A stretch of 64,000 bases of DNA from an uncultured Gemmatimonadales bacterium (GTDB lineage Bacteria; Gemmatimonadota; Gemmatimonadetes; Gemmatimonadales; GWC2-71-9), in NCBI GenBank assembly GCA_963795085.1, contig CAWCFX010000006.1, forward strand, positions 192,001 through 256,000, written 5' to 3'. A program made the translations under genes and the position numbers. The notes below the pieces were generated by a model that worked only from the letters and a program-made list of their open reading frames with translations, was not told where the DNA came from and searched no databases. Positions 49,811-60,965 of this stretch are shown in pieces. Position 1 is the stretch's first letter. Each line of letters begins with the position of its first letter.

Positions 49811-50778
49811 TCCGCTGGTTCGCCGCCCGGGTCCTGCAGGCATGCGCCACGCTGCTCGCGGCCCTGGTCGTCATTTTCTGCCTCATGCGGGTGCTCCCCG
49901 GTGACCCGGTCCCGATCATCATCGGCGACCGCCCGGTCTCCGAAGAGGAAATCACCCGCATTCGCGCCCGCTTCTGCCTCGACTGCCCCCTCCCGGTGCA
50001 GTTCGCCAGGTTCGTCAGCGCCGCCGCCCGGGGAGACCTGGGCACCTCCATCCGCTACAACCGGCCCGTCACCCAGCTGATCCGGGAACACCTCTGGCCC
50101 ACGGTGCTCCTCGGCGGATCCGTCCTGTTAATCAATTTCACTGTGGGCATCGCGCTGGGCGCCTGGCAGGCCGTCAAGAAAGGCGGCCGGGGGGACCGCC
50201 TGCTCTCCAGCTTTTCGCTGCTGGCCTACGCCCTGCCCACTTTCTGGCTGGCCATGGTGCTGGTCTGGATCTTTGCGATCAGGCTGCACCTCTTTCCATC
50301 CGGTGGATTCACCAGCGTGACCCTCGATCCCGGCGCCGGGTTCCTGGCCCGGACCGCCGACATCGCCCGCCACCTGGTGCTTCCCGTGGCGACGCTCTGC
50401 ATCGTGACGATCGCGGCCACCATGCGCTACCAGCGGAACGCGATGATCGAAGTGCTTCGCATGGACTACATTCGCACCGCCCGTGCCAAGGGGGTCCGGG
50501 AAAGCCGGGTCATTCGCCATCACGCCTGGCGCAACGCCCTCTTCCCGGTGCTCACGATCTTCGGGCTCTGGCTGCCGATCCTCGCCACCGGGTCCGTCTT
50601 CGTGGAATCGGTGTTCAGCCTGAACGGCCTGGGCCTGATGGCGTATGAGGCCATCGGGATGCGCGACTACCCGCTGCTCATGGGCGCGGCGATCCTGGTC
50701 AGCACCCTGATCGTGCTGGGCGGCCTCCTCACCGACCTCGGCTACATGGCCCTCGATCCCCGGGTGCGCCGCCCGTGA
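49807..50778 (+). CDS. Peptide ABC transporter permease (OppB/DppB); probable CTG start
   Basis: LPGDP, GDLGTSI, DYIRTARAKG EAA loop, ESVFS, LDPRVR; CTGA overlaps the upstream stop. Confidence 0.92.
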   Translation: MIRWFAARVLQACATLLAALVVIFCLMRVLPGDPVPIIIGDRPVSEEEITRIRARFCLDCPLPVQFARFVSAAARGDLGTSIRYNRPVTQLIREHLWPTVLLGGSVLLINFTVGIALGAWQAVKKGGRGDRLLSSFSLLAYALPTFWLAMVLVWIFAIRLHLFPSGGFTSVTLDPGAGFLARTADIARHLVLPVATLCIVTIAATMRYQRNAMIEVLRMDYIRTARAKGVRESRVIRHHAWRNALFPVLTIFGLWLPILATGSVFVESVFSLNGLGLMAYEAIGMRDYPLLMGAAILVSTLIVLGGLLTDLGYMALDPRVRRP

Positions 50779-51617
50779 CGGGAGACTGGGCCGCGGTCTT
50801 CCGCCGGGTATGGTCCAACCGGAGCGGGCGGGCGGGAACCCTGCTGCTCGCCGGCATCGTGCTGGTCGTGGCGCTGCTTCCATTCGTGCTGCCGGATCCC
50901 AACGTGCAGCCCTGTCTCGCCTGCGGGGCGATGGCCCCGGGGCCGGAGCACCTCTTCGGCACCGACCAGCTCAATCGCGATGTCCTCTCCCGGGTCGTCT
51001 GGGGCGGGCGCATCTCCCTCTCGGTCGCCTTCCTGGCCGTGGCCCTCGCGATCACGCTGGGCGCGCTGGTCGGGCTCGGCTCGGGTTACCGCGGGGGCTG
51101 GGTCGATGTCATCGTCATGCGCCTGGTGGATGGCGCCCTGGCCATTCCCCGGCTGTTCGTCCTGCTGCTGGTCCTGGCGGTGTTCACCCCCATCCCCCTC
51201 CCGGTATTCATCCTGGTGCTGGGCACGACCGGGTGGTTTGCGGTCAGCCGGATCGTGCGGGGCGAAGCGCTCCGCCTCAAGGAGGAGATGTACGTCCAGG
51301 CGGCCCAGGCGCTGGGGGCCGGGGGCGGCCGGGTTATTTTTCGGCACCTGCTGCCCAACGCCATGGGGCCGCTGCTGGTGGCCGCCACGCTGGGGGTGGG
51401 CGATGTTATCCTGCTGGAAGCGGGATTATCCTATCTCGGCCTCGGCATCCAGCCGCCTACCGCGTCGTGGGGCGGCATGATCCAGGAGTCGCGGGGCATC
51501 TTATTCACCGGGCCCTGGACCCACCTGTTTCCCGGCCTGGCCATCGTGCTGACCGTGCTGGCCATCAACCTGATCGGCGGAGCCCTGCGTGACGCGTTCG
51601 ACCCCAGGAATGCCTGA
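50775..51617 (+). CDS. Peptide ABC transporter permease (OppC/DppC)
   Basis: HLFGTDQLNRDV, YVQAAQALG, RHLLPN, LSYLGLG..SWGGMI. Confidence 0.93.
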   Translation: MTGDWAAVFRRVWSNRSGRAGTLLLAGIVLVVALLPFVLPDPNVQPCLACGAMAPGPEHLFGTDQLNRDVLSRVVWGGRISLSVAFLAVALAITLGALVGLGSGYRGGWVDVIVMRLVDGALAIPRLFVLLLVLAVFTPIPLPVFILVLGTTGWFAVSRIVRGEALRLKEEMYVQAAQALGAGGGRVIFRHLLPNAMGPLLVAATLGVGDVILLEAGLSYLGLGIQPPTASWGGMIQESRGILFTGPWTHLFPGLAIVLTVLAINLIGGALRDAFDPRNA

Positions 51618-52619
51618 GTCACCCGCTGCGCCCGCCCCGGCATCGCCGGCGGAGGCGCTCCTGGCGGTAGAGAACCTGGTGGTCCGGTTCCCCGGCACGC
51701 CGCGGGACGCCGTGCCGGTGGATGGGGTCTCGTTCACCCTCCGCCGGGGCGAAACCCTGGCGCTGGTGGGAGAATCGGGGTGCGGCAAGAGTCTGACCAG
51801 CCTGGCCCTGCTCCGGCTGATCCCGCCGCCGGGCCGCATCGACCCGGGCAGCCGGATCGAATTTGGCGGGGTGGATATCATGGGCCTCAAGGAAGACGCG
51901 CTGCGTGATATCCGGGGACGCCGGATCGGCATGGTGTTCCAGGACCCCATGACCAGCCTTAACCCCGTCTTCACGGTGGGCGACCAGGTCGCCGAAGGCA
52001 TCCGGGCTCACTTTCCCGTCTCCCGCCGCGACGCCGCCGACCGCGCTGTCGCCCTCCTTCGCGAAGTCGGCATCTCGGACCCGGAGATCCGGGCGGACGA
52101 CTATCCCCATCAGCTGAGCGGTGGCATGCGGCAGCGGGTGATGATTGCCATGGCCCTCGCCTGCGAGCCCGAGTTGCTGATCGCCGACGAACCGACGACG
52201 GCCCTCGATGTCACCGTGCAGGCGCAGATCCTGGAGATCCTCGACAATCTGCGCCGGGCCCGCGGCATGGCGGTCCTGCTCATCACCCACGACCTCGGGA
52301 TCGTCGCCGGCCGGGCCGACAGGGTGGCCGTCATGTACGCCGGCCAGATCGTGGAGCAGGCGGCCACGGCCCAGCTCTTCGCGCGGCCTTCCCACCCCTA
52401 CACCCAGGGACTGCTCGCCTCGGTGCCCCGGCTTAGCGGCCCCCGCACCCGCCTCACCCCCATCGGGGGGAGTGTGCCCACCCCTGACGCCTGGCCGTCC
52501 GGGTGCCGCTTTCGGCCCCGCTGTCCCCAGGCATTCGAGAAATCGGAACTCGCCCCGCCGCCCCTGCCGGTCGGCCCCGGGCACTGGATGCGCTGCTGGC
52601 TGGCCGAGCGGGGGGACTC

Positions 52620-52623
<4 letters not shown>
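51610..52623 (+). CDS. Peptide ABC transporter ATPase (OppD/DppD)
   Basis: [46 protein letters not shown]. Confidence 0.95.
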
Positions 52624-53666
<1,043 letters not shown>

Positions 53667-53787
53667 GGGATCGCCCGCCCCACCCTCAGTCTCGCCCTGA
53701 TCCGGAGCCGTGACCTCGCTCACGGCCCGGGACTCCAGAATCCCCCATGCTGGGAGGTAGTCATTACCGATACCATGGAGGAAGTCG

Positions 53788-54033
53788 ATGACAGACGATC
53801 TCAAGGACACTCTTCGCGAGAAGAGCGTGAAGGATAAGGTGAAAGGGAAGTTCAACGAGGCAGTCGGCAAGACCCGCCACGAGCTGGGCGACCTGACCGA
53901 CAACCATTCGGAAGAGGTCAAGGGCAAGTACCAGGAGGTGAAGGGCAAGATGCAGCAGAAGAAGGGCGAGGCCGAGGAGGAAATCGCCGACGACCTGAGC
54001 GTCGCCAGGGACCGGCGCCGAGACGCCGAGTAG
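53788..54033 (+). CDS. CsbD family stress protein
   Basis: DKVKGKFNEAVGK..GDLTD..KGKYQEVKGKMQQKKGE; GGAGG RBS. Confidence 0.85.
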   Translation: MTDDLKDTLREKSVKDKVKGKFNEAVGKTRHELGDLTDNHSEEVKGKYQEVKGKMQQKKGEAEEEIADDLSVARDRRRDAE

Positions 54034-54049
54034 TCCTATCGCCCGCAGG

Positions 54050-54084
54050 AAAGGCCCCCGCGAAAATCCTCGCGGGGGCCTTTT
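54050..54084. terminator. Bidirectional intrinsic terminator
   Basis: AAAGGCCCCCGCGA-aaatcc-TCGCGGGGGCCTTTT between convergent csbD-like and sigma genes. Confidence 0.85.
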
Positions 54085-54105
54085 CCCTTCCGGGCTCCTC
54101 GCCGG

Positions 54106-54897
54106 TCAGGCGACCAGCGGCAGGAGCAGGCCCCGGAGCCGACGGAGCGCGGCGGTTCGGATCTGCGAAATCCGGGACTCGGTGAGCCGCAGGATCGCGG
54201 CAATCTCCCGCAGGTTCAACTCCTCGTAAAAATAGAGCGCCAGGACGGTTCGCTCCCGCTCCGGCAGCCGGGCCAGTCCCGCGGCCAGCAACCCCACCCG
54301 TTCCTCCATTTCGACCGAGTCGGGGCCGGCGTGGTCATGGTCCAGGCCGAGAGGCGCCATCCTGGAGTGAAGCAGGGCTGGAGCGTCCTCGAGCGAGACC
54401 TGGCATGCGCCATCCACCGAGGCGCGCCATGCCCAATAGGTGGACAGGTCCAGCTCCAGCGCGGCGGCCATCTCCGCGGGCGCGGGAGCCCGGCCGAAGG
54501 CCGCGGAGATGCGACCCGCGACGCGATCGAGTTTCCGCGCCTTGGAGCGCACCGAGCGGGGGACCCAGTCCCGGTCCCGGAGTTCGTCCAGCATGGCGCC
54601 GTGGACCCGGCGGGAAGCGTACGTCGCGAACGAGTTGGCGCGCGACGGGTCGAAGCTGTCCAGCGCCTGGACCAGCCCCAGGGTTCCCGCGCCTATCAGG
54701 TCGTCCACCTCCACGGCGCCGCCGGTGCGGGCGGCGAGCTTGCGGGCCAGAATCCGGACCAGGTAGAGGTGCCGCTCCAGTAACTCGGTGCGGGCTGCCG
54801 GATCGCCGCTCCGGCGATACGAAGTCCAGAGCGAATCAAGACCTGCATCGGCCTGCCGGGCGCCGTTGGGTGATGGGTTGAATGTGACCACGGACAT
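54106..54897 (-). CDS. FliA/WhiG family RNA polymerase sigma factor (sigma28)
   Basis: DDLIGAGTLGL, GAMLDELRDRDWVPRSVR, LYFYEELNLREIAAILRLTESRISQI; AGGAGG RBS. Confidence 0.92.
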   Translation of the reverse strand: MSVVTFNPSPNGARQADAGLDSLWTSYRRSGDPAARTELLERHLYLVRILARKLAARTGGAVEVDDLIGAGTLGLVQALDSFDPSRANSFATYASRRVHGAMLDELRDRDWVPRSVRSKARKLDRVAGRISAAFGRAPAPAEMAAALELDLSTYWAWRASVDGACQVSLEDAPALLHSRMAPLGLDHDHAGPDSVEMEERVGLLAAGLARLPERERTVLALYFYEELNLREIAAILRLTESRISQIRTAALRRLRGLLLPLVA

Positions 54898-54951
54898 GCT
54901 TTCCTCCTGGCGGGGATCCGACGGCCGGGGCGGCCTGGCACATGGGTCATG

Positions 54952-54966
54952 GCAGGACCCGTACCA
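54952..54966 (-). promoter_or_regulatory. Putative sigma54 (-24/-12) promoter of the sigma28 gene
   Basis: Minus strand TGGTACGGGTCCTGC: GG-N10-GC, close to consensus TGGCACG-N4-TTGC. Confidence 0.55.
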
Positions 54967-55055
54967 GTCCTTGCAGCACCGTGGTATCTCGCGGAAGTTC
55001 AAACGGCCAAGGATCTTAGGCGAGATCGGAGCCGCACTCCAAGCCCGGAAAACGC

Positions 55056-55090
55056 GTCAGCCACTGCCAAATTCATTGGCAGTGGCTGAC
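55056..55090. promoter_or_regulatory. Perfect 15-bp inverted repeat (activator site or terminator)
   Basis: GTCAGCCACTGCCAA-attca-TTGGCAGTGGCTGAC. Confidence 0.6.
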
Positions 55091-55130
55091 AGCTATACAC
55101 CGACGAAGGACCAGCCGCCGGAGCCTGGAC

Positions 55131-55679
55131 CTACCGGTCCTTCAGATAGTCGGGGGGCAGCGTAAGGCCCGGGCGCTCGGCATCCCACAGGATGTTCATC
55201 ACCCACCAGCGGGTACCATCATGAAAGAGCTGGATGCTGTTGATCCCGCGAGCAAAGGCCAGCGTGTCAGACGCTGCCCGGCGGGAATCGTAGGTGCTGA
55301 ATCGGTGCACCATCTGGCCGAAGCGCTCACTGCGGTGCGCCAGCTCTCGCTCGAAAAACCCTTCCCGTTTGAAGTACGGCTCCGCGCCGGCGATCCAGTC
55401 GGCCAGGGTCATTACCCGAAGTCCATAGCCGCTCTCGGCCCGGACCACCGGGATCAGCCGCGCCTCCGGATGGAACAGGCTTCGCATCCGGTCCCAGTTT
55501 CGGGGTGCGCCCGCCGGACCGGAGATGACGTCGTACAATGCCCGGACGATCGCCTCTTCGGAGCCGACATCGGCGGGATTGGCGGCGGAGGCCGCCGGGG
55601 ATGATTGCTGCGCAGCCATCGGAGCGGTGGCGGCCAGCGCCAGGAGCGCCCCGGCCAGCGCGAAACGGGGAACCTTCAT
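55131..55679 (-). CDS. Secreted NTF2/SnoaL-like hypothetical protein
   Basis: Signal peptide; LYDVISGPAG..RNWDRMRSLF, GFFERE, RGINSIQL..DGTRWW. Confidence 0.75.
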   Translation of the reverse strand: MKVPRFALAGALLALAATAPMAAQQSSPAASAANPADVGSEEAIVRALYDVISGPAGAPRNWDRMRSLFHPEARLIPVVRAESGYGLRVMTLADWIAGAEPYFKREGFFERELAHRSERFGQMVHRFSTYDSRRAASDTLAFARGINSIQLFHDGTRWWVMNILWDAERPGLTLPPDYLKDR

Positions 55680-55943
55680 CGGTGAATCTCCTTTCAAGTT
55701 TTTGTGCCAAATGACGATAGTCTGGGAAGAGCGGTTTCACCCGGGACCATCCGCGAGGGGGATGTGTGGCCCATACGCCCAAAATGCCGCCGACGGAAAG
55801 CACCCTCGATCGCGGGGACATCCGCCGGGCCCTGCAACGCCTTGCCTCCGGATACTACAATCGGCCGGAGGTGCTCCGGGTCATCGCCCGCAGGATTCTT
55901 CTGTTGGATGAGGAAAGCGTCACGCCCTGAGCCCCGAAGCCCG

Positions 55944-56008
55944 ATTCCAAAATTCCCTCAATTCCAAAATTCCCTCAATTCCAAAATTCCCTCAATTCCC
56001 TCAATTCC
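55944..56008. repeat. 9-bp ATTCCCTCA / ATTCCAAA mixed tandem repeat
   Basis: Same core as the 23248-23309 array. Confidence 0.85.
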
Positions 56009-56070
56009 TTTCCCTCTGGCCGCCCAGCCTGCCGGGTAGCTATACTTCCCCCGCCTCCACCCCTCCATCC

Positions 56071-56415
56071 GTGACCTACTCGCCGGCCGATGCGATCGCG
56101 GCCTTTCAGACGCTGGACTTGCGCATAGGGCGGATCCTCCGCGCGGAACTCAACGCGGGTGCCCGGAAACCCGCCTACAAACTGTGGCTGGACCTGGGCC
56201 CCGAGGGAGAACGCACCTCGAGCGCTCAGCTGGTAGATCTCTACCAGCCAGCGGACCTGGTCGGCCGGCTGGTGATCGCCGCGGTCAACCTGGGCAGCCG
56301 CCGGGTAGCCGGGTTCGATTCTCAAGTCCTCGTTCTCGGCCTCCCCGATGCCCTGGGACGGGTGGTCCTGCTGGCGGTGGAGCGGGAAGTGCCGCTCGGC
56401 GGCCGGGTTTACTAG
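56071..56415 (+). CDS. csaA: tRNA-binding OB-fold protein / CsaA-like chaperone
   Basis: [45 protein letters not shown]. Confidence 0.85.
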   Translation: MTYSPADAIAAFQTLDLRIGRILRAELNAGARKPAYKLWLDLGPEGERTSSAQLVDLYQPADLVGRLVIAAVNLGSRRVAGFDSQVLVLGLPDALGRVVLLAVEREVPLGGRVY

Positions 56416-56423
56416 GAATCCCC

Positions 56424-56810
56424 ATGCGACAGAATTTCGCCACCGGAACCGCCTGGGAACCGATCGTGGGATACTCCCGCGCCGTGCGGGTAGGAAACGT
56501 CGTCCACGTCTCCGGCACCACCGCGACGACCGCCGAGGGAACCATCGCCCACCCGGGCGATGCCTACCGCCAGGCGGTCCAGGCCCTTCGCAATATTGCC
56601 ACGGCGCTGGAACGGGCGGGCGCCCGGTTGGACCAGGTGGTCCGGACCCGAATGTTCGTCACCGATATCGCCCGCTGGGAGGAAGTGGGGCGCGCCCACG
56701 GGGAAGTCTTCGCCGCCATTCGACCGGCCACCTCCATGGTGGAAGTGTCCCGGCTGATCCACCCCGACATGCTGGTCGAAATTGAAGCCGAAGCCATCAT
56801 CACCGACTGA
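56424..56810 (+). CDS. RidA (YjgF) family protein
   Basis: [45 protein letters not shown]. Confidence 0.92.
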   Translation: MRQNFATGTAWEPIVGYSRAVRVGNVVHVSGTTATTAEGTIAHPGDAYRQAVQALRNIATALERAGARLDQVVRTRMFVTDIARWEEVGRAHGEVFAAIRPATSMVEVSRLIHPDMLVEIEAEAIITD

Positions 56811-56837
56811 GATTCCCGATCCCCTCGCGAGGTCATC

Positions 56838-57626
56838 GTGCCCCACGCCCTGATCCAGGTTGACGCGTTCACCGACCGGGCCTACGGAGGCAACCCCGCA
56901 GCGGTGCTGGTCCTTCCCGAACCCGCCGAACCCGCCTGGATGCAGGCGGTGGCCCGGGAGATGAATCTCTCCGAAACGGCCTTCGTCACCCGCGAGGGCG
57001 ATGGATTCCGGCTGCGCTGGTTCACGCCCCGGATGGAGGTGGACCTGTGCGGCCACGCGACGCTCGCATCGGCGCATGTCCTGTGGGAAACCGGGGAACA
57101 GGGCGCCGACCAGGCGATCGGATTCCAGACCAACAGCGGCGTGCTGACCGCAACCCGGCAGGGCAACTGGATCGAACTGGATTTTCCCGCGGAGTACGAG
57201 GAGTACTGCGCCGCCCCCCTGGAACTGACCGAAGCGCTTGGCGTGGCCATGCAATACGTGGGACGCAATCGGTTCGACTACCTCATCGAGGTCGAAAACG
57301 AGAAGGTGCTCCGCGCACTGGAGCCCAACCTCGCCATTCTCGAGTCCATTCCCGCCCGCGGGTTTATTCTCACCTGCCCGTCCGCGGTCGCCGAGTACGA
57401 CTTTGTCTCCCGCTTCTTCGCCCCGGCGCTCGGGGTCCGGGAAGACCCGGTCACCGGCTCCGCGCACTGCTGCCTGGCGCCCTTCTGGGCCACCCGGCTG
57501 GGGAAAGACAGGATGGTGGGATATCAGGCATCCGAGCGAGGCGGCGTGGTGCGGGTACGCGTCGATGGCGACCGAGTCCGGCTGGGGGGCCAGGCGGTGA
57601 CCGTGATGCGGGGAGAACTGGTCTGA
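56838..57626 (+). CDS. PhzF family isomerase (YddE-like)
   Basis: VDAFT..GNPAAV, MNLSETAF, EVDLCGHAT, EDPVTGSAHC, QASERGG. Confidence 0.93.
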   Translation: MPHALIQVDAFTDRAYGGNPAAVLVLPEPAEPAWMQAVAREMNLSETAFVTREGDGFRLRWFTPRMEVDLCGHATLASAHVLWETGEQGADQAIGFQTNSGVLTATRQGNWIELDFPAEYEEYCAAPLELTEALGVAMQYVGRNRFDYLIEVENEKVLRALEPNLAILESIPARGFILTCPSAVAEYDFVSRFFAPALGVREDPVTGSAHCCLAPFWATRLGKDRMVGYQASERGGVVRVRVDGDRVRLGGQAVTVMRGELV

Positions 57627-57633
57627 CGTCGAG

Positions 57634-58794
57634 TCAGTCGAGGTAGGACTCGGTGACCTGGACCGGGAAGTAGCGGGTGCTGCGGGACCCGATGCCCAGC
57701 TGGCCCAGCCGGTTCCATCCCCAGCAAAAGACCCCTTCCTTCTTGGTGAGCGCGCAGGTGTGGTTCCCACCGGCGGTGACACCGGTAAACTCGTGATCCC
57801 CCGTGACCTGGACCGGTATCAGGGTCGCAGCCTCCTGCCCGTTGCCCAGCTTGCCGTAGGTATTGGCACCCCAGCAATAGAGCTTCCGGGACAGGGTGAC
57901 GCCACAGGCATGGTAGGAGCCGACCGCGATCCCTTCAAACCGGAGCACCCCGTAAAGGGGGACCGGGACGGTGACGTAGGTAAGCGAACTCGTGCCGGTT
58001 CCCAGTTCGAACGAAACGTTGGACCCCCAGCAGTAGACCTGGCCCTGGGGGGTCAGCCCGCAGGAGAAAAAGTCACCGGTGCCGACGGACTGGAAAACCA
58101 GGCCCCCCGCCACCGGCACCGGCACTGAACTCGAGACCAGCGTGCCGTTGCCCAGTTTGCCGTAGAGATTGTCGCCCCAGCAGTAGGCCGCCCCTCCCAC
58201 CGTGAGCCCACAGGTGTGGAAGAGACTGGTCGAGATCTGGGTGAACCGGAACTGGCCCGACACCGGCACCGGGACAAACTGGTCCTCATGGACGCCGTTG
58301 CCCAGTTCGCCGTCCAGCCCGCTTCCCCAGCAATAGCCACTCCCGGACGGCGTCACCCCGCAGGTATAACCGGTTCCCGCACTGATGGTCCGGAAGCGGT
58401 GGCCCCCGGCAACCTTGACCGGGATCTTGGACTTGAAGGTGGCACCAGGGTCCCCCAGGGCACCCACCGCGTTGCCGCCCCAGCACCATGCCGTGCCATC
58501 CTCCTCCAGGCCGCAGGTATGGGCGCTGCCCGCGGCAACGGTGACAAACCGCCGGTTGCCCGTGACCTTGATGGGGACCGTGTAATCAATGGTGTCGCCG
58601 GGGCCGAGCTGGCCGAAGCCCCCCCATCCCCAGCAATGGGCCGCTCCCGTCTTCAATAGCAGGCAGCCGTGATCATCGCCTCCGGAGACCCCCCGGATCA
58701 GGGAGATTTCTGTCGGGGCGGTGGACTCGCTGCAGGCAAGCAGGGCGGCAGCCAGTACGGAAACTATCGGGAAGGGACTGCGACGGCCTGTCAT
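57634..58794 (-). CDS. RCC1-repeat lipoprotein
   Basis: Lipobox LLAC; about seven repeats of HTCG..G.AYCWG.N..G.LG. Confidence 0.9.
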   Translation of the reverse strand: MTGRRSPFPIVSVLAAALLACSESTAPTEISLIRGVSGGDDHGCLLLKTGAAHCWGWGGFGQLGPGDTIDYTVPIKVTGNRRFVTVAAGSAHTCGLEEDGTAWCWGGNAVGALGDPGATFKSKIPVKVAGGHRFRTISAGTGYTCGVTPSGSGYCWGSGLDGELGNGVHEDQFVPVPVSGQFRFTQISTSLFHTCGLTVGGAAYCWGDNLYGKLGNGTLVSSSVPVPVAGGLVFQSVGTGDFFSCGLTPQGQVYCWGSNVSFELGTGTSSLTYVTVPVPLYGVLRFEGIAVGSYHACGVTLSRKLYCWGANTYGKLGNGQEAATLIPVQVTGDHEFTGVTAGGNHTCALTKKEGVFCWGWNRLGQLGIGSRSTRYFPVQVTESYLD

Positions 58795-59345
58795 AGGTCA
58801 CCCATCGAAGAAACGCGATGCTTCGCGGAGACGCTGAGGCACAATGGCCAACTTAACTCCGGGACCAGCCCTGACAAGATGTTGCCGATTGAAACTGGGA
58901 CCAGGGTGGGTGGCTGGTATGTAGGGGAGACGAATCCCTGGGGCACGAGCGCACCAGAACGCAGTTGATGCCCGCTCCCGGATTCGTGGCGGCAGCGGAC
59001 GGCAGCTCCCGCAGGCCCGACCGGCACGTCGGCGAAGGGTGCCCACTTCGCCGCGAACCCCGTTCACGGGCCCGACGGCGGCGTACCAGGCGGGGGTCGA
59101 GTCTCACTTCCCGATTCCCGCGGGGCCGGGGTGGAAGGATTCGCCGGCGGCATCGCCGCGCAACCCCTGTCCGCACCCAGAATCGGTCCCGCCCGTGGGT
59201 GCGGGGGCCCCGCCCCCCCTTACGGGGAATATCGCGGAATTTTTCGTCGCCCTGGTAACCAGAATCCCCTCAGGGGTAGCATTTTCGCGCCGACATTCCT
59301 AGCCTCTCTTGATTCGCTCCCAACAACCTCGCCCTGGAGAATTGC

Positions 59346-60257
59346 ATGCACCCCATTTGCTTTGGACTCGGCCTTCTGGCCTGCTGCCTCATGCCGCCCG
59401 CGCTCCCCGCCCAGCAGGACCTGAGCGAGGCCACGGTAACCCCGGTACGGCTGACCAGCCGACTCCACGTACTGCATGGGCCCGGAGGCAACGTCGGTGT
59501 CTCCAGCGGGCCTGACGGGATCTTCCTTATTGATGACCAGTTTGCCCCGGTAACCGACAAGATCCGGGCGGCGATCGCCACGTTCGACAGCGGCGCGATC
59601 CGCTTTGTGCTGAACACTCACTGGCACGGCGACCACACCGGGGGCAATGAGAACCTCGGCTCCAGCGGCACGATTATCGTGGCCCAGGACGAGGTTCGCA
59701 CCCGGATGAGCACCGAACAGTTCCTCGAGGCCTTCAACCAGAGATACCCGGCCTCCCCGGCCGCGGCGCTTCCCGTGGTCACGTTCAGTGAGTCGGTCAC
59801 CTTTCATCTTAATGGGGAAACCATCTACGCCTTTCACGTTCCCGCCGCCCACACCGACGGTGACGCGGTGATTTACTTCAGGAAAGACAACGTCATCCAT
59901 GGCGGAGACGCGTTCTTCAACGGAATCTACCCGTTCATCGACGTTGGCAGCGGTGGATCCGTCGACGGGGTGATCGCGGCGGCCGACCGGATGCTCTCGG
60001 TCAGCAACGACAGCACCCGCTTCATTCCCGGCCACGGGCCCGTGGCGAGTCGCGCCGACCTCACCGCCTTCCGGGCCATGCTCGCCGCGGTGCAGGACCG
60101 GGTGAAGGCGGCCGTGGGCCGGGGCGAGTCGCTGGCCCAGGTCCAGGCCGCCCGGCCTACCGCCGAATTCGATGCCGCCTGGGGCAAGGGTTTCCTGCCG
60201 CCCGATCAGTTCGTGGCGATCGTCTACGCCAGCGCCCGGAAAACAGCGGGCCGATAA
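59346..60257 (+). CDS. Secreted MBL-fold metallo-hydrolase (cyclase-like)
   Basis: NTHWHGDHTGGN, AHTDGD, GD, IPGHG motifs; signal peptide. Confidence 0.9.
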   Translation: MHPICFGLGLLACCLMPPALPAQQDLSEATVTPVRLTSRLHVLHGPGGNVGVSSGPDGIFLIDDQFAPVTDKIRAAIATFDSGAIRFVLNTHWHGDHTGGNENLGSSGTIIVAQDEVRTRMSTEQFLEAFNQRYPASPAAALPVVTFSESVTFHLNGETIYAFHVPAAHTDGDAVIYFRKDNVIHGGDAFFNGIYPFIDVGSGGSVDGVIAAADRMLSVSNDSTRFIPGHGPVASRADLTAFRAMLAAVQDRVKAAVGRGESLAQVQAARPTAEFDAAWGKGFLPPDQFVAIVYASARKTAGR

Positions 60258-60260
60258 CGA

Positions 60261-60926
60261 TCAGTCCAGCGCCAGGGTCGTGGGCTGGTGGAGAAGGCTG
60301 TCATCGTCGCCGATGAGAAGGCCTTCAAGCAGGCGATCCACTCCCGACGCATCGGTCGCCAGGAGGCGCAGCCCGGCTGCGTCCCGGGGCAGGTCGAAAA
60401 CCAGGCGAATGGTATAGGCTCCGCCGGCGGGCACCGGCCGGACCACAGGGCCCGGGTCGCCGGCAACGGCGGCCAGGGCCTGCTCCGCGTGGAGAGACGG
60501 GGCGTGGCGTCGGCCGGCCTGGTCCAGTACCCGAAACTCCGGCCGGCCCAGGTGAAGGGTGGCTCGGCGCGCATTGCTGCTGACCCGCAGGGTGACCAGG
60601 TGATAGACGCCGGCGGCCGGGAGAGTGCCCAATTGGTCCAGCTGCTCCACATCCTCGACCGCGATACCGAGGTGGCAGTCCAGGTAGAAGCCGCAGAACC
60701 GGAGCGTCTCGCCGCGCACCAAAATTCGCTCGCGACTGGTCAGTGAGGCGAACAGCAAGGCGCCGCCATAGGCCGCGACCCCGGCCAGCATGACCAGACG
60801 CAGCACCCGGCCGGCTTCCGGACGTCCCGCTCGAACCAGCAACTGCGCCAGGATCTCGCCTCCAGCAAGTCCTCCAATGAGCAGAAGCAACAGAAACGGC
60901 CCGAATCCGAACATGGTCTCCTCCAT
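60261..60926 (-). CDS. Membrane-anchored hypothetical protein (DUF4352-like C-terminus)
   Basis: Two N-terminal TM helices, CGFYLDC, then a beta-rich domain (YHLVTLRVSS, FRVLDQAGRRH, RLVFDLP). Confidence 0.55.
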   Translation of the reverse strand: MEETMFGFGPFLLLLLIGGLAGGEILAQLLVRAGRPEAGRVLRLVMLAGVAAYGGALLFASLTSRERILVRGETLRFCGFYLDCHLGIAVEDVEQLDQLGTLPAAGVYHLVTLRVSSNARRATLHLGRPEFRVLDQAGRRHAPSLHAEQALAAVAGDPGPVVRPVPAGGAYTIRLVFDLPRDAAGLRLLATDASGVDRLLEGLLIGDDDSLLHQPTTLALD

Positions 60927-60965
60927 CTGAGTGTGCGTGGAACCCGGCCTCTCGGGGGTCCCGGT

